Under the pieces are notes generated by a model. That model was not told the DNA's origin. It saw nothing but the letters and a program-made list of their open reading frames with translations, and did no database searches. The translations under genes were made by a program, and so were the position numbers. Of a DNA stretch of 49,946 nt, positions 11,301 to 20,084 are shown piece by piece; positions within the stretch are counted from its first letter, which is position 1; each line of letters starts with the position of its first letter. This stretch comes from Thermodesulfobacteriota bacterium (GTDB lineage Bacteria; Desulfobacterota; BSN033; WVXP01; G020346125), in the NCBI GenBank assembly GCA_030145085.1, contig JAQYWG010000003.1, positions 1-49,946 of the forward strand, in the 5' to 3' direction.

Positions 11301-11793
11301 AGTCAAAGTATGCGGGGTGGTGAGCACGTTCAAGGAGATCACCACGCGAAAAGGGGAACGAATGGCCTTTGCCACGCTGGAGGACTTAAAGGGAGTTATT
11401 GAGGTCATCCTATTCCCGGATGTCTTCATCTCATCTCTGCCCTATCTGAAGGGAGATGATCCAATCTTGGTCAAGGGGATCTTGGATACGGGGGAGGACA
11501 GCCCCAAAATCAAGGCCAACGAGGTGACTCCCCTTTCCAAAATAAAGGAAACTTCCTTTTCCAGGGTCCACATTAAACTCACGACCCCCGGGCTGACCGG
11601 GGAGCTCTTGGAGAGGTTGAAGTCCATCCTCTTGGGGGAAAATGGACAATGCAGGGTTTTCCTCCACATCGTCATCCCAAGTCGCAGCGAGACGGTGATC
11701 TCGCTTCCCGGCCAGTTCAATGTGGCCCCTTCTGACAATATGGCGAAGGAGGTTGAGGAGGTATTCGGATATAATATCGTCCGATTTGAGTAA
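8326..11793 (+). CDS. dnaE: DNA polymerase III alpha subunit
   Basis: 1155 aa. PHP domain start FVHLHLHSQYSLLDGA, polymerase core (PDVDVDF, FNKSHSAAYA), OB-fold region. GGAGGAGG Shine-Dalgarno before ATG 8326. Confidence 0.97.
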   Translation: MNRGQFVHLHLHSQYSLLDGAIRFEELFELAKKYEMSAVALTDHGNMFGAIEFYQKAIKNGIKPIIGCEIYVAPKSRFEKKTGNVSEGPYHITLLAMNKPGYYNLIKLVSLGHLEGFYYKPRTDKDLLRQYNEGLIALSGCLKGEIPFLLNKGEEHEAEKVAREYSEIFDHDRFFLEIMENGVENQGEINEKLCSVADKLSLPLVATNDCHYLRSEDARAHEVLLCIQTGKTINDKDRMRFSTDQFYFRSHDEMKALFAGREEAITNTMLIADQCNLELKFGEYHFPRFAVLPGESLDSYLENLAREGLEKRLSEMEGSEGTITRGREEYFTRLGKELATIKSMGFSGYFLIVSDFINYAKKREIPVGPGRGSAAGSLVAFSLGITDLDPLRYGLLFERFLNPERISMPDVDVDFCMKGRDEVIRYVTEKYGNDSVAQIITFGKMQAKAVIRDVGRALDMPYNEADRIAKLIPNTLNIALDQALLQEPKLRELMESEERVRSLITTAKSLEGLVRHASTHAAGVVISNKPLIEYLPLYRGQNGEIITQYAMKDVEKIGLIKFDFLGLKTLTVLDKAVGMVNQKGDGGIDIRHLDLGDKKTFELLGSGSTTGIFQLESSGMKELLVKLKPESFDDIIALVALHRPGPLGSGMVDDFIKRKHRKVPVHFEISQMEEILRETHGVIVYQEQVMKIAGSLANFSLGDADVLRWAMSKKNPKEMERQKEKFLEGARKKGINSQKAERVFDLMAKFAEYGFNKSHSAAYALIAYQTAYLKAHYRVEFMAALLTCEMENTDKIVKYIGECQDMGIEILPPDINESYRDFTAIGKKIRFGLAAVKNVGSGAVDSIISERGKNGLFNDIFDFCQRVDLRKVNKRVLESLIKCGAFDFTGAHRSQMMATLNEAIEMAQLRQRERVSKQVGLFSTYGEGGATGRGHHQLPDIEEWHENQLLSFEKETLGFYITSHPLARYEEDIKRFTSENTASVAQIESGREVKVCGVVSTFKEITTRKGERMAFATLEDLKGVIEVILFPDVFISSLPYLKGDDPILVKGILDTGEDSPKIKANEVTPLSKIKETSFSRVHIKLTTPGLTGELLERLKSILLGENGQCRVFLHIVIPSRSETVISLPGQFNVAPSDNMAKEVEEVFGYNIVRFE

Positions 11794-11821
11794 GGGAAGT
11801 ACTGAAGACATTGGGAAATGA

Positions 11822-11891
11822 GTTCTGGGCGCGAATTCATCACGTAGTTGAACTAAAAAGTGGACTACCCTGGTCGCAACACCGCAGCACC
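11822..11891. repeat. Intergenic repeat family, copy 1 (short form), inverted relative to copy 2
   Basis: By hand alignment, 45/59 positions plus a further 11/11 match the reverse complement of 13695-13780. Shares the ..cgcaacaccgcagcacc.. core with copies 3 and 4. Confidence 0.7.
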
Positions 11892-11942
11892 AGTGTTTCA
11901 GCCAGTAAGGCGAGAAGATTGCGCCCCGTTATAGGAGGGGGT

Positions 11943-13682
11943 ATGTCCTCGAAGATTAGAATCCTTTCGGAGGATTTGATCGTCAAAATTGCGGCGGGGG
12001 AGGTAGTGGAGAGGCCAGCTTCGGTGGTAAAGGAGCTTATAGAGAACTCCATTGATGCCGAGGCTAGTTCGATCCTCTGCGATATCAAAGCGGGTGGAAT
12101 GGAATCCATTCGGGTCATGGACAACGGATGTGGTATGTCCAAGGAGGACGCCCTTCTGGCAACGGAGCGATATGCAACCAGCAAGGTACGAGGAGAAGAG
12201 GATCTGTATACCATTCAGACCCTTGGATTTAGGGGAGAGGCCTTGCCAAGCATTGCCTCGGTTTCCAAAATGAGGCTCATAACCCGAGATGGCACATCTC
12301 AGGTGGGAACAGAGGTATATAGAGAGGCCGGCACAAAGGTCCGCGTCTCCGAGGCCGGCTCGCCTGTGGGAACAAGCGTGGAGGTTAGAAACCTCTTTTA
12401 CAATACCCCTGTTCGGCGAAGATTTTTGAAGTCAGTAGGCACGGAATTTTTTCACATCCATAGGGTCATGGACCAGGTAGCCCTGTCCAAGCCCGAAATC
12501 CAGTTTAGGCTGATTCACGATGGAAGGGAGGCCTTAAATGTCCCCAAGACCGACGACCCGTCAATCCGCATAGAAGCGATCCTCGGAAGGGATATCTATG
12601 AGGGGTTAATCCCGGTAGAATTTCGAGATGAAACCATCTCCCTTCAGGGTTATATCGGGAGACCTACCTTGACCCTTTCAACGGCCAAGTCCATCTTCAC
12701 TTATGTAAACGGGCGCTTCGTAAGGGATAGGACTGTAAATCGTTCCATTTTCGACGCTTACCGGACTCTCATCCCCAGGGATCGCTACCCCGTTGCCATT
12801 TTCTTTATCGATCTTTCACCCCATCGGGTGGACGTTAACGTCCACCCCACCAAGAGGGAGGTCAGGTTCAGGGATCAGGAGAAGGTTTACCGCTCAATTC
12901 ACCTGGCCCTTCAGTCCCAGCTGAAGGCGGTCCCAAGTGATGCGAGGGTCTCTCGGGCTGTAGAGACCTACTGGCGAGAAAAAGGGGTTCAGAGTGGAAT
13001 TCGAGAGGGGACGGCGGGGGAATATCGGCCTGCGGAGGGTGAACTGGCCGAAAGGAGTCTCGCATTTCCGGAATTTTCCCGTGAGGTCCAACCAGGGGGC
13101 TTCTATTCCTCCCTTTTCCCGTTGGGTCAGATCGGGGGCACCTATATCGTATGCCAGGGACCTGAGGGATTGGTATTAATCGACCAACACGCGGCACATG
13201 AAAGGGTCATCTTCGAGAAGTTAAGACACCAGTTTGGAAATGCCGCCGTTGTTCAACAAATACTCCTTTTTCCCCACATGATGGAATTACCCCCTGCTGA
13301 AGAGCATATATTGAGCGTTCATAGGGAAGAACTGGAGAAGCTGGGCATGGAAATTGAGGCGTTCGGTGGTACCACTTTCGTGGTCAAATCGGTTCCTCAA
13401 GTTGTGGCGGGAGAGGACATTGAAACTCTGGTCAAGGATATTATCGGAGAGTTGGCATCGGAGGGGAGAGCTTCTGACGTGGAGGCCCTGACGGAGAGGA
13501 TCTTAATTATTATGGCCTGCCATGGGGCAATCAGGGGAAGCCGGGCTTTGAAGAATGAGGAGGTGCAGGCACTGCTCCATGATCTGGAGCAGATTGACTT
13601 CGCTTCCACCTGTCCCCATGGAAGACCCATCTTTTGGGAGATGGATTACCCACAACTGGATAAGGTGTTCAAGAGGAAATAG
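11943..13682 (+). CDS. mutL: DNA mismatch repair protein MutL
   Basis: ORF opens at 11811, but the conserved MutL N-terminus starts at ATG 11943 (MSSKIRILSEDLIVKIAAGEVVERPASVVKELIENSIDA). GHKL motifs DNGCGM and LGFRGEAL. C-terminal dimerisation domain QHAAHERV.. Confidence 0.95.
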   Translation: MSSKIRILSEDLIVKIAAGEVVERPASVVKELIENSIDAEASSILCDIKAGGMESIRVMDNGCGMSKEDALLATERYATSKVRGEEDLYTIQTLGFRGEALPSIASVSKMRLITRDGTSQVGTEVYREAGTKVRVSEAGSPVGTSVEVRNLFYNTPVRRRFLKSVGTEFFHIHRVMDQVALSKPEIQFRLIHDGREALNVPKTDDPSIRIEAILGRDIYEGLIPVEFRDETISLQGYIGRPTLTLSTAKSIFTYVNGRFVRDRTVNRSIFDAYRTLIPRDRYPVAIFFIDLSPHRVDVNVHPTKREVRFRDQEKVYRSIHLALQSQLKAVPSDARVSRAVETYWREKGVQSGIREGTAGEYRPAEGELAERSLAFPEFSREVQPGGFYSSLFPLGQIGGTYIVCQGPEGLVLIDQHAAHERVIFEKLRHQFGNAAVVQQILLFPHMMELPPAEEHILSVHREELEKLGMEIEAFGGTTFVVKSVPQVVAGEDIETLVKDIIGELASEGRASDVEALTERILIIMACHGAIRGSRALKNEEVQALLHDLEQIDFASTCPHGRPIFWEMDYPQLDKVFKRK

Positions 13683-13694
13683 GCGGATATATGC

Positions 13695-13780
13695 GGTGCT
13701 GCGGTCGTGCAGTGCTGCAGTGTTGCGGTCAAGGCAGTCCAGATCTTAATTCAACTACGGGATAAATTTGCGCTCAGAGC
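13695..13780. repeat. Intergenic repeat family, copy 2
   Basis: ggtgctgcggtcgtgcagtgctgcagtgttgcggt core (8-nt period), a spacer, then a gcgctcagagc arm. Begins 13 nt after the mutL stop. Confidence 0.7.
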
Positions 13781-13820
13781 TTCTTTTTTGGTTTTCATGA
13801 GACCTTAACGGGGTATCGAC

Positions 13821-14429
13821 ATGGAGAAGACGATTGCGCTTCCGGGGCCGAGGTTAAAGGGGGAACTCTCCCTCGAGGAGGTCATCTTGAGGAGAAGGAG
13901 CACCAGGGAATTTTCCAGCAGAACCATTACCAAGAGCCAGTTATCTCAACTCCTATGGGCTTGCCAGGGCATAAGGAAGGGGTATTACAGAACCGTTCCC
14001 TCGGCTGGGGCCACCTATCCCCTTGAAGTCTTCTTGCTTCTGGGGGAGGGCGGGGTCGAATCCTTGGATGGAGGGGTTTATCGGTATGTGCCTAAGGAAC
14101 ATTTCATAATCCATCATCTCCCGGGAGACTTAAGGAAGAGGTTGTGCTCCGCCTGCCTGGAGCAGAATTTCATCAGAAGGGCTCCATTGTCCCTCGTTGT
14201 GTGTTCAGAGTATTCGAGGACCACTGCCAGCTATGGAGAACGAGGGGTGAGATATGTGCACATGGAGGTAGGTCACCTGGGACAGAATTTAGCCTTGCAG
14301 GGGGAAGCCTTGGGGCTTTGCTCCGTTATGGTTGGTGCCTTTCGCGATGAAGATGTATCCCGAGTGCTCAATCTTCCCGTAGAGTTGAAGCCCCTCTATG
14401 TGGTTCCGGTGGGGTATTCAAGGGAGTAA
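13821..14429 (+). CDS. SagB-type / nitroreductase-fold protein
   Basis: 202 aa. RRRSTREFS.., LSQLLWACQG.., PSAGATYPLEVFL, then YVHMEVGHLGQNL, typical of the SagB/ThcOx branch of the nitroreductase superfamily. Confidence 0.8.
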   Translation: MEKTIALPGPRLKGELSLEEVILRRRSTREFSSRTITKSQLSQLLWACQGIRKGYYRTVPSAGATYPLEVFLLLGEGGVESLDGGVYRYVPKEHFIIHHLPGDLRKRLCSACLEQNFIRRAPLSLVVCSEYSRTTASYGERGVRYVHMEVGHLGQNLALQGEALGLCSVMVGAFRDEDVSRVLNLPVELKPLYVVPVGYSRE

Positions 14430-14522
14430 GAGGCGGAATGCCCCTTCGACTTTACTCAGGGCCATGAGCCTGTCGAATGGCAGATGGACTTTTTACGAAG
14501 CTGTCACTTTTGGGACGTGACA

Positions 14523-15911
14523 CTAGTCCCTGGTATTGAGGCCATACTTCTCAAGACGATATCGCATCGATCGAAAATTGATATTCAACAATTCGGCCGC
14601 CTTCTTCTTAACCCCCTTTGCCCTCTCCAATGCCTTAATCAACAAACTCCTTTCCAAATCCCCCACGACCATTTCCAGATCGATCCCCTCGGTTGGAATA
14701 TCGAAGAGGGCATCATCAATCCTCTTGACTCCTCGCTGTTCATCCATATAAGATTTGAGGTTCTCAACCGTCAGAGTAGTACTGGTCTCCAGGGCAACAC
14801 CCCTCTCGATGATGTTTTGAAGTTCTCTGACATTTCCGGGGTAGTCGTAATTGACGAGCAGTTTCATGGCATCGGGGGAGATTTCCCGTATGTCCTTGTC
14901 CAATTCTTGGCTGTATTTCTTGAAAAAGTGTTCGGCCAGAAGGGGGATATCCTCCCTCCGTTCTCGAAGCAACGGCAACTTGGTCTGGATAACATTAAGG
15001 CGGTAATAAAGGTCTTCCCGAAATTTTTTCTCCCTGACGGCCTCCTCTAGATCCTTATTGGAGGCCGATATGATTCGAACATCGACCTTGATCTGTTCCG
15101 TTCCCCCGACACGGGTGAACTCCCTATCCTGTATCACCCTCAGGATCTTCACTTGCATTGAGAGGGGCAATTCGCCGATTTCGTCTAGGAAGATTGATCC
15201 ACCATCAGCCACCTCGAAGAGACCCCGTTTATTGTACATCGCTCCAGTAAAAGCCCCCTTCATGTGGCCAAAGAGTTCGCTTTCCAGCAAATTTTCCGGT
15301 ATGGCACCGCAGTTCAATGTAACGAAGGCCTTCCCCTTTCGGGGGCTGTTGAAATGGATAGCTTTGGCTACTAGTTCCTTTCCCGTTCCGCTTTCCCCGG
15401 TAATGAGGATGTTCGTTTTGGTCGGTGATATCTTCTCCATAAGTTCGTAAAGGGCTAGCATTTTAGGGCCTTGCCCGATGATTTCACCAAAACTATATTT
15501 GGTTTCAACCAGGCGTTTTAACAGGATGTTTTCCTTTTCCAGGGCCTTCTTTTCCAGCGCGTTGCGGATAATCAGTTTAATCTCATCGATCTTGAAGGGT
15601 TTTGTAATATAGTCATAGGCGCCTTTCTTCATCGCTCGAACTGCGGTATCGGTGGAGGCGAAAGCCGTTATCATGATGGCAATTGTCTCCGGGGTGATCT
15701 CCTTTATTCGTTCCAAAACGGTGATCCCATCCATCTTGGGCATTCGGATATCCATGATGACCAGGTCGAAAATATCTTCCTCGACCTGCCTCAAAGCCGT
15801 CTCTCCATCGGGGCATTGAGTCACACTATAACCCTCTTTGGTAAGCATGATACCGAGAAATTCCCTCATGCTCCGCTCATCGTCGACCACTAAGATTTTC
15901 TTTGTTTCCAT
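14523..15911 (-). CDS. pilR: Sigma-54-dependent response regulator, PilR-like
   Basis: REC domain (VIMDIRMP), AAA+ Walker A GESGTGKE, GAFTGA loop, C-terminal Fis-type HTH. Directly downstream of a PilS-like kinase in a pil cluster. Confidence 0.85.
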   Translation of the reverse strand: METKKILVVDDERSMREFLGIMLTKEGYSVTQCPDGETALRQVEEDIFDLVIMDIRMPKMDGITVLERIKEITPETIAIMITAFASTDTAVRAMKKGAYDYITKPFKIDEIKLIIRNALEKKALEKENILLKRLVETKYSFGEIIGQGPKMLALYELMEKISPTKTNILITGESGTGKELVAKAIHFNSPRKGKAFVTLNCGAIPENLLESELFGHMKGAFTGAMYNKRGLFEVADGGSIFLDEIGELPLSMQVKILRVIQDREFTRVGGTEQIKVDVRIISASNKDLEEAVREKKFREDLYYRLNVIQTKLPLLRERREDIPLLAEHFFKKYSQELDKDIREISPDAMKLLVNYDYPGNVRELQNIIERGVALETSTTLTVENLKSYMDEQRGVKRIDDALFDIPTEGIDLEMVVGDLERSLLIKALERAKGVKKKAAELLNINFRSMRYRLEKYGLNTRD

Positions 15912-15926
15912 GCCAATATCCCGCGG

Positions 15927-17657
15927 TTAAGATTTTGAAAGCCCTTGCAAGGACAGGAAGATCTCAAAAGTCGTTCCCTCATTCTGTTGACTATTGACGG
16001 AAATGAATCCATCGTGATTTTCCACGATACGATGGACAATGGCCAAGCCCAATCCCGTTCCACCCTCCTTCGTCGTGAAAAAGGGTTCGAAGATCTTCTC
16101 CTTCTTATCTGGATCAATACCGTTGCCGGTATCTGAAACGGATATCTTTGCAAAGGGGGTTATTTTCCCCTGTTTCGCTCCTTGAAAACGACCCGAGGTC
16201 CCGTCGGTGTTGACCGTTTCAAGCTTGACCCTCAATTCTCCTCCACTTGGCATTATTTGGGCGGCATTGATAAACAGGTTCCAAAACAATTGCTTTAATT
16301 GATGCTGATCGCCCAGGAGGAAAATCTCCTTCTTAAGCTCCTTGACAATCTTGATAGCTCGATTATGGCCTGGCGAATTGTTAAATAACTGTAGCGTTTC
16401 ATCAATAACCCGACCAATATCCATCTTCTCCCTGTTGATCCTGGAGGGTTGGGCGAATAGGAGGAAATCCGTGATCAGATTATTGAGCCTCTCCGATTCC
16501 CTCAGGATGATATCCATAAGATGGCGATTCGCCCCCTTTAGTTTCAACTCCTCCTTCAGGACTTGGATAGAACCACTCAATGAGGTAAGGGGATTTCGGA
16601 TTTCATGGGCTATGCCCGCCGCGAACTGTCCGATGGTTGCCATTCGGTCAGAGCGTTTAATTTGTTCCTCCATCTCCTTAAATGTGGTGATGTCCTGAAA
16701 GATGAAGGTTTTGCCGGTTACCCGATCGTTATTGTCCCTCAAGGGGGAGACGGAAAAACCCAAAAAGAGGGTTTTCCCCGTCTTATCGACAAAGGTGGTT
16801 TCATATCGCTGGTACGGGTTGGCCTTTGGGGAATTACCCTCCATGCTGAACAATGCTTCATCGATATCGGGAAAGAGCGGCTGGATATGGGTTTGTTCCA
16901 TCTCATTGGGGTCCAACCTCAAAATTTTCTGGGCCGTCTTATTGAAGGAGGTAATCCTTCCACGGGAGTCAATGGTCAACAGTCCGCTATCCAGGGATTG
17001 GACGATATCCCGATTGAAAGCCTCCAGCTTATCGTAATCGTTCTGCTTTTGGATCAACTCACTCCTTTTTCTTCGGAGTTCCTCTGCAAGATGGCTACTC
17101 AAGAAGGCGACGACGAAGAAGGCAAGGACATACACGGAAATTCGATAGAGCACGTAGGTACTGCTGTAGTGATATCCACTGGATAGGCTGTTATACAAGG
17201 GATGGATAAATCCGTAATACTCCAAATCCAGAAAAGTTCCATAGGCAATGCTGCTTATGGAGGCAATGAAATAAGCCCCCCTTTTATAGAGAATGATGCT
17301 TCCGCTGATGATGGAAAAGATGTAAGCGATGACGAAGAAGCTCTCTATCCCCCCCGTTAAGTAAATCAACAGGGTGATCAGCAGGGCGTCCACGATGTGT
17401 TGGACGAAGGCGAACTTTTGGACGTCCCTTGTTCTGCTCAGCAAGGGGACATAAATGAGGGTGATAAGATAGGTGAGGCCGATGAAGTAATAGACGAGGT
17501 TATTGGGGGTAATAAAAAAGGTCACCCCTTTTTTTATTTGGATGAAGAGGATGATGCTGAGAAGGATGGTGATGATGACCACACGAAAAATCACCAGCAC
17601 CTTCAGCTTCTTAATGCTATCTTCCCAAGATTCAGAGAGGCGTTGATAATTTTCCAT
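15927..17657 (-). CDS. pilS: Sensor histidine kinase, PilS-like
   Basis: Multi-TM N-terminus, PAS-like segment, H-box AAGIAHEIRNPLTS, ATPase boxes DTGNGI and GGTGLGLAIV. Confidence 0.8.
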   Translation of the reverse strand: MENYQRLSESWEDSIKKLKVLVIFRVVIITILLSIILFIQIKKGVTFFITPNNLVYYFIGLTYLITLIYVPLLSRTRDVQKFAFVQHIVDALLITLLIYLTGGIESFFVIAYIFSIISGSIILYKRGAYFIASISSIAYGTFLDLEYYGFIHPLYNSLSSGYHYSSTYVLYRISVYVLAFFVVAFLSSHLAEELRRKRSELIQKQNDYDKLEAFNRDIVQSLDSGLLTIDSRGRITSFNKTAQKILRLDPNEMEQTHIQPLFPDIDEALFSMEGNSPKANPYQRYETTFVDKTGKTLFLGFSVSPLRDNNDRVTGKTFIFQDITTFKEMEEQIKRSDRMATIGQFAAGIAHEIRNPLTSLSGSIQVLKEELKLKGANRHLMDIILRESERLNNLITDFLLFAQPSRINREKMDIGRVIDETLQLFNNSPGHNRAIKIVKELKKEIFLLGDQHQLKQLFWNLFINAAQIMPSGGELRVKLETVNTDGTSGRFQGAKQGKITPFAKISVSDTGNGIDPDKKEKIFEPFFTTKEGGTGLGLAIVHRIVENHDGFISVNSQQNEGTTFEIFLSLQGLSKS

Positions 17658-17687
17658 GATGGCTATGGAGGAGGTTTCTCGTGTTCC

Positions 17688-18893
17688 TCAATGGACGCCC
17701 ACGGATGCTATTTTGAATATTGGCATATACATGGCGATGACGACTCCCCCAACCGTCACTCCCAGAAAGATCATTAATAATGGTTCCAGAAGGGAAGTGA
17801 GGGTAGCGACGGCGACATCGACTTCTTCCTCATAGAAATCAGCGATCTTGCTTAACATCGAATCGAGGGATCCCGTGGATTCTCCAACGGCAATCATCTG
17901 GGTGACCATGGGTGGGAAAATGTTGCTCCTCGCCAGGGGTTCGGCAATGGTTTCTCCCTCGCTGATACTCGTGCGAGCTTTCATGATCGCGTATTCGATC
18001 GGTTTGTTCCCCGCAGTCTTCGAGGTGATCGTTAAACCATCCAAGATGGGAACCCCACTTGTGATTAAGGTGGAAAGGGTTCTCGAGAATCGGGCAACAG
18101 CCACCTTTCGGAACAGTGTACCGAATACCGGGGATTTGAGGACGAGGCTATCGATGGTCATTTTACCCTTTTCCGTGTTGTAATACCTCTTGAACATAAT
18201 GACGAAGATGATGAGAGCAACGACGAACAAGAGGATAAATTTCTTCATTAGCTTACTGATGCCGATGACGATGAGAGTGGGGAGGGGGAGAGAATGCCCC
18301 ATGGAGGAGAAGATCTTAGTAAAGACGGGGATGACGAAGATCATGAGGATAGCCACCACAATGATGGCTACACCCACGATGGTGGAGGGATAAACCATAG
18401 CCGACTTGATCTTCTTCTTCAAGGACTCGGCCTTCTCGATATAAATAGCCAGCCTGTTGAGGACGTTGTCCAAAATCCCCCCCTCTTCACCGGCGACTAC
18501 GAGGTTGGTATACAGTTCGTCGAAGGTCTTGGGATGCTTTGCCAACGCCCCCGCAAATGTGGAACCACCTTCCACACTTTCCTTGATATTCTTGATGATT
18601 TCCTTAAAGGTTTTGTTCTCCTGTTGCATGGAAAGAATATCGAGGGATTGTACGAGGGGTAATCCCGCATCGATCATGGTGGCCAGTTGCCGGGTGAAAA
18701 TGGCCACATCTTTCTGCTTAACCTTCTGTTTGCCCAGGCTGAAAGAGACTTCCTTTCCCTTTGCCACTACCTTGGTTGGAATTACATTCTGTTGTCTGAG
18801 GTGGGTTCTGACGCTTCCTTCATCAGGGGCTTCCATTTCCCCCTTCCTCTTCTCTCCTCTGAGCGTCTTCCCCTCCCATTTATATCTCGGCAT
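17688..18893 (-). CDS. pilC: Type IV pilus platform protein PilC (GspF family)
   Basis: 401 aa, duplicated T2SS-F domain. Sits between pilT and pilS. Confidence 0.93.
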   Translation of the reverse strand: MPRYKWEGKTLRGEKRKGEMEAPDEGSVRTHLRQQNVIPTKVVAKGKEVSFSLGKQKVKQKDVAIFTRQLATMIDAGLPLVQSLDILSMQQENKTFKEIIKNIKESVEGGSTFAGALAKHPKTFDELYTNLVVAGEEGGILDNVLNRLAIYIEKAESLKKKIKSAMVYPSTIVGVAIIVVAILMIFVIPVFTKIFSSMGHSLPLPTLIVIGISKLMKKFILLFVVALIIFVIMFKRYYNTEKGKMTIDSLVLKSPVFGTLFRKVAVARFSRTLSTLITSGVPILDGLTITSKTAGNKPIEYAIMKARTSISEGETIAEPLARSNIFPPMVTQMIAVGESTGSLDSMLSKIADFYEEEVDVAVATLTSLLEPLLMIFLGVTVGGVVIAMYMPIFKIASVGVH

Positions 18894-18926
18894 GGTGTAC
18901 TCCTCTTAGGCCATCCGGTTTGAACA

Positions 18927-20051
18927 TTAGTAAGGTGTGGAGGCCCGGTTCACACTCCTGTCAATCACCTGTCCAGTTGCCTTCAACATCCCCATTAATT
19001 CGTCCAAATTATGGCTTCGTTCCAAGGCGTCATTCAGAGTGATCAACCCCCTCTGGTAGAGGGAGAAGAGGGATTGGTTCATGGTCTGCATCCCGAACTT
19101 TGCCTGGCCAACCTGCATCTGGGAGTAGATTTGGTGAATCTTATCCTCGCGTATCAGGTTCCGAATGGCAGGGTTGGGGATCATGATCTCAACGGCCAGG
19201 CATCTCCCCGGTTCCCTTGCCTTGGAGAGGAGCTGCTGAGTCATTACCCCTTCTAAGACAAAGGAGAGCTGGGCCCTGACTTGGGATTGCTGATGCGGGG
19301 GGAAGACATCGATAATACGATTGATGGTCTCCACGCAGGAGTTCGTATGGAGGGTGGCAAAGGTGAGGTGGCCGGTTTCAGCGACGACCAACGCGGTTTC
19401 GATAGTCTCTAGGTCCCTCATCTCGCCAATGAGGATGATATCCGGATCCTGCCTCAGGATGTGTTTTAAGGCCATAGTGAAGCTCTTGGTATCGGTATTT
19501 ACCTCCCGCTGGTTGACGATGCATTTTTTATGGCGGTGGAGGTACTCGATGGGATCCTCGATGGTGATGATGTGGGCACTTCGTTCGCTGTTGAGTTTAT
19601 TGATCATCGAGGCCAAGGTTGTGGATTTGCCCGTTCCCGTTGGCCCCGTCACCAAGACGAGCCCCTTGGGTTTTTTGAGCATTTCATTGGCGATGGGAGG
19701 GACTCCCAGTTCATCAAAACTCAGGATCTCATAGGGAATGGCCCTGAAAGCCCCAGCCACTGCTCCGCGTTGAATGAACACATTTCCCCTGAAGCGGCTC
19801 AGCCCCTTAATTCCGAAGGAGAAGTCCAACTCGCTTTCTTCCTCGAATAGATGGCGTTGGGCATCGGCCAAGACGCTATAGCAGAGCCTTTTTGTATCGG
19901 GAGCGCTAAGGACCGTTGAACCTACTTCGGACAATTTCCCATCGATCCTAAACTGGGGTGCTGCTCCCGTGGTTATGTGTAAATCCGATGCCTTCTTTTC
20001 GATCATCATTTGCAATAATTTCTGTAGATCTAACTGCTGTTGTTCCGGCAT
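18927..20051 (-). CDS. pilT: Twitching-motility retraction ATPase PilT
   Basis: 374 aa. Walker A GPTGTGKST, Walker B ILIGEMRD, His box GHLTFATLHT. Confidence 0.93.
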   Translation of the reverse strand: MPEQQQLDLQKLLQMMIEKKASDLHITTGAAPQFRIDGKLSEVGSTVLSAPDTKRLCYSVLADAQRHLFEEESELDFSFGIKGLSRFRGNVFIQRGAVAGAFRAIPYEILSFDELGVPPIANEMLKKPKGLVLVTGPTGTGKSTTLASMINKLNSERSAHIITIEDPIEYLHRHKKCIVNQREVNTDTKSFTMALKHILRQDPDIILIGEMRDLETIETALVVAETGHLTFATLHTNSCVETINRIIDVFPPHQQSQVRAQLSFVLEGVMTQQLLSKAREPGRCLAVEIMIPNPAIRNLIREDKIHQIYSQMQVGQAKFGMQTMNQSLFSLYQRGLITLNDALERSHNLDELMGMLKATGQVIDRSVNRASTPY

Positions 20052-20084
20052 TTTCCCCCTCCCTCTCGAATCAAGCCTTCATGC

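Noticed and set aside
13821-14429. The SagB-type dehydrogenase as a marker of a thiazole/oxazole-modified peptide (TOMM/RiPP) cluster.
   Set aside because: No YcaO/cyclodehydratase, precursor peptide or transporter is adjacent. The neighbours are mutL and the convergent pilR. Stand-alone SagB-like nitroreductases are common.
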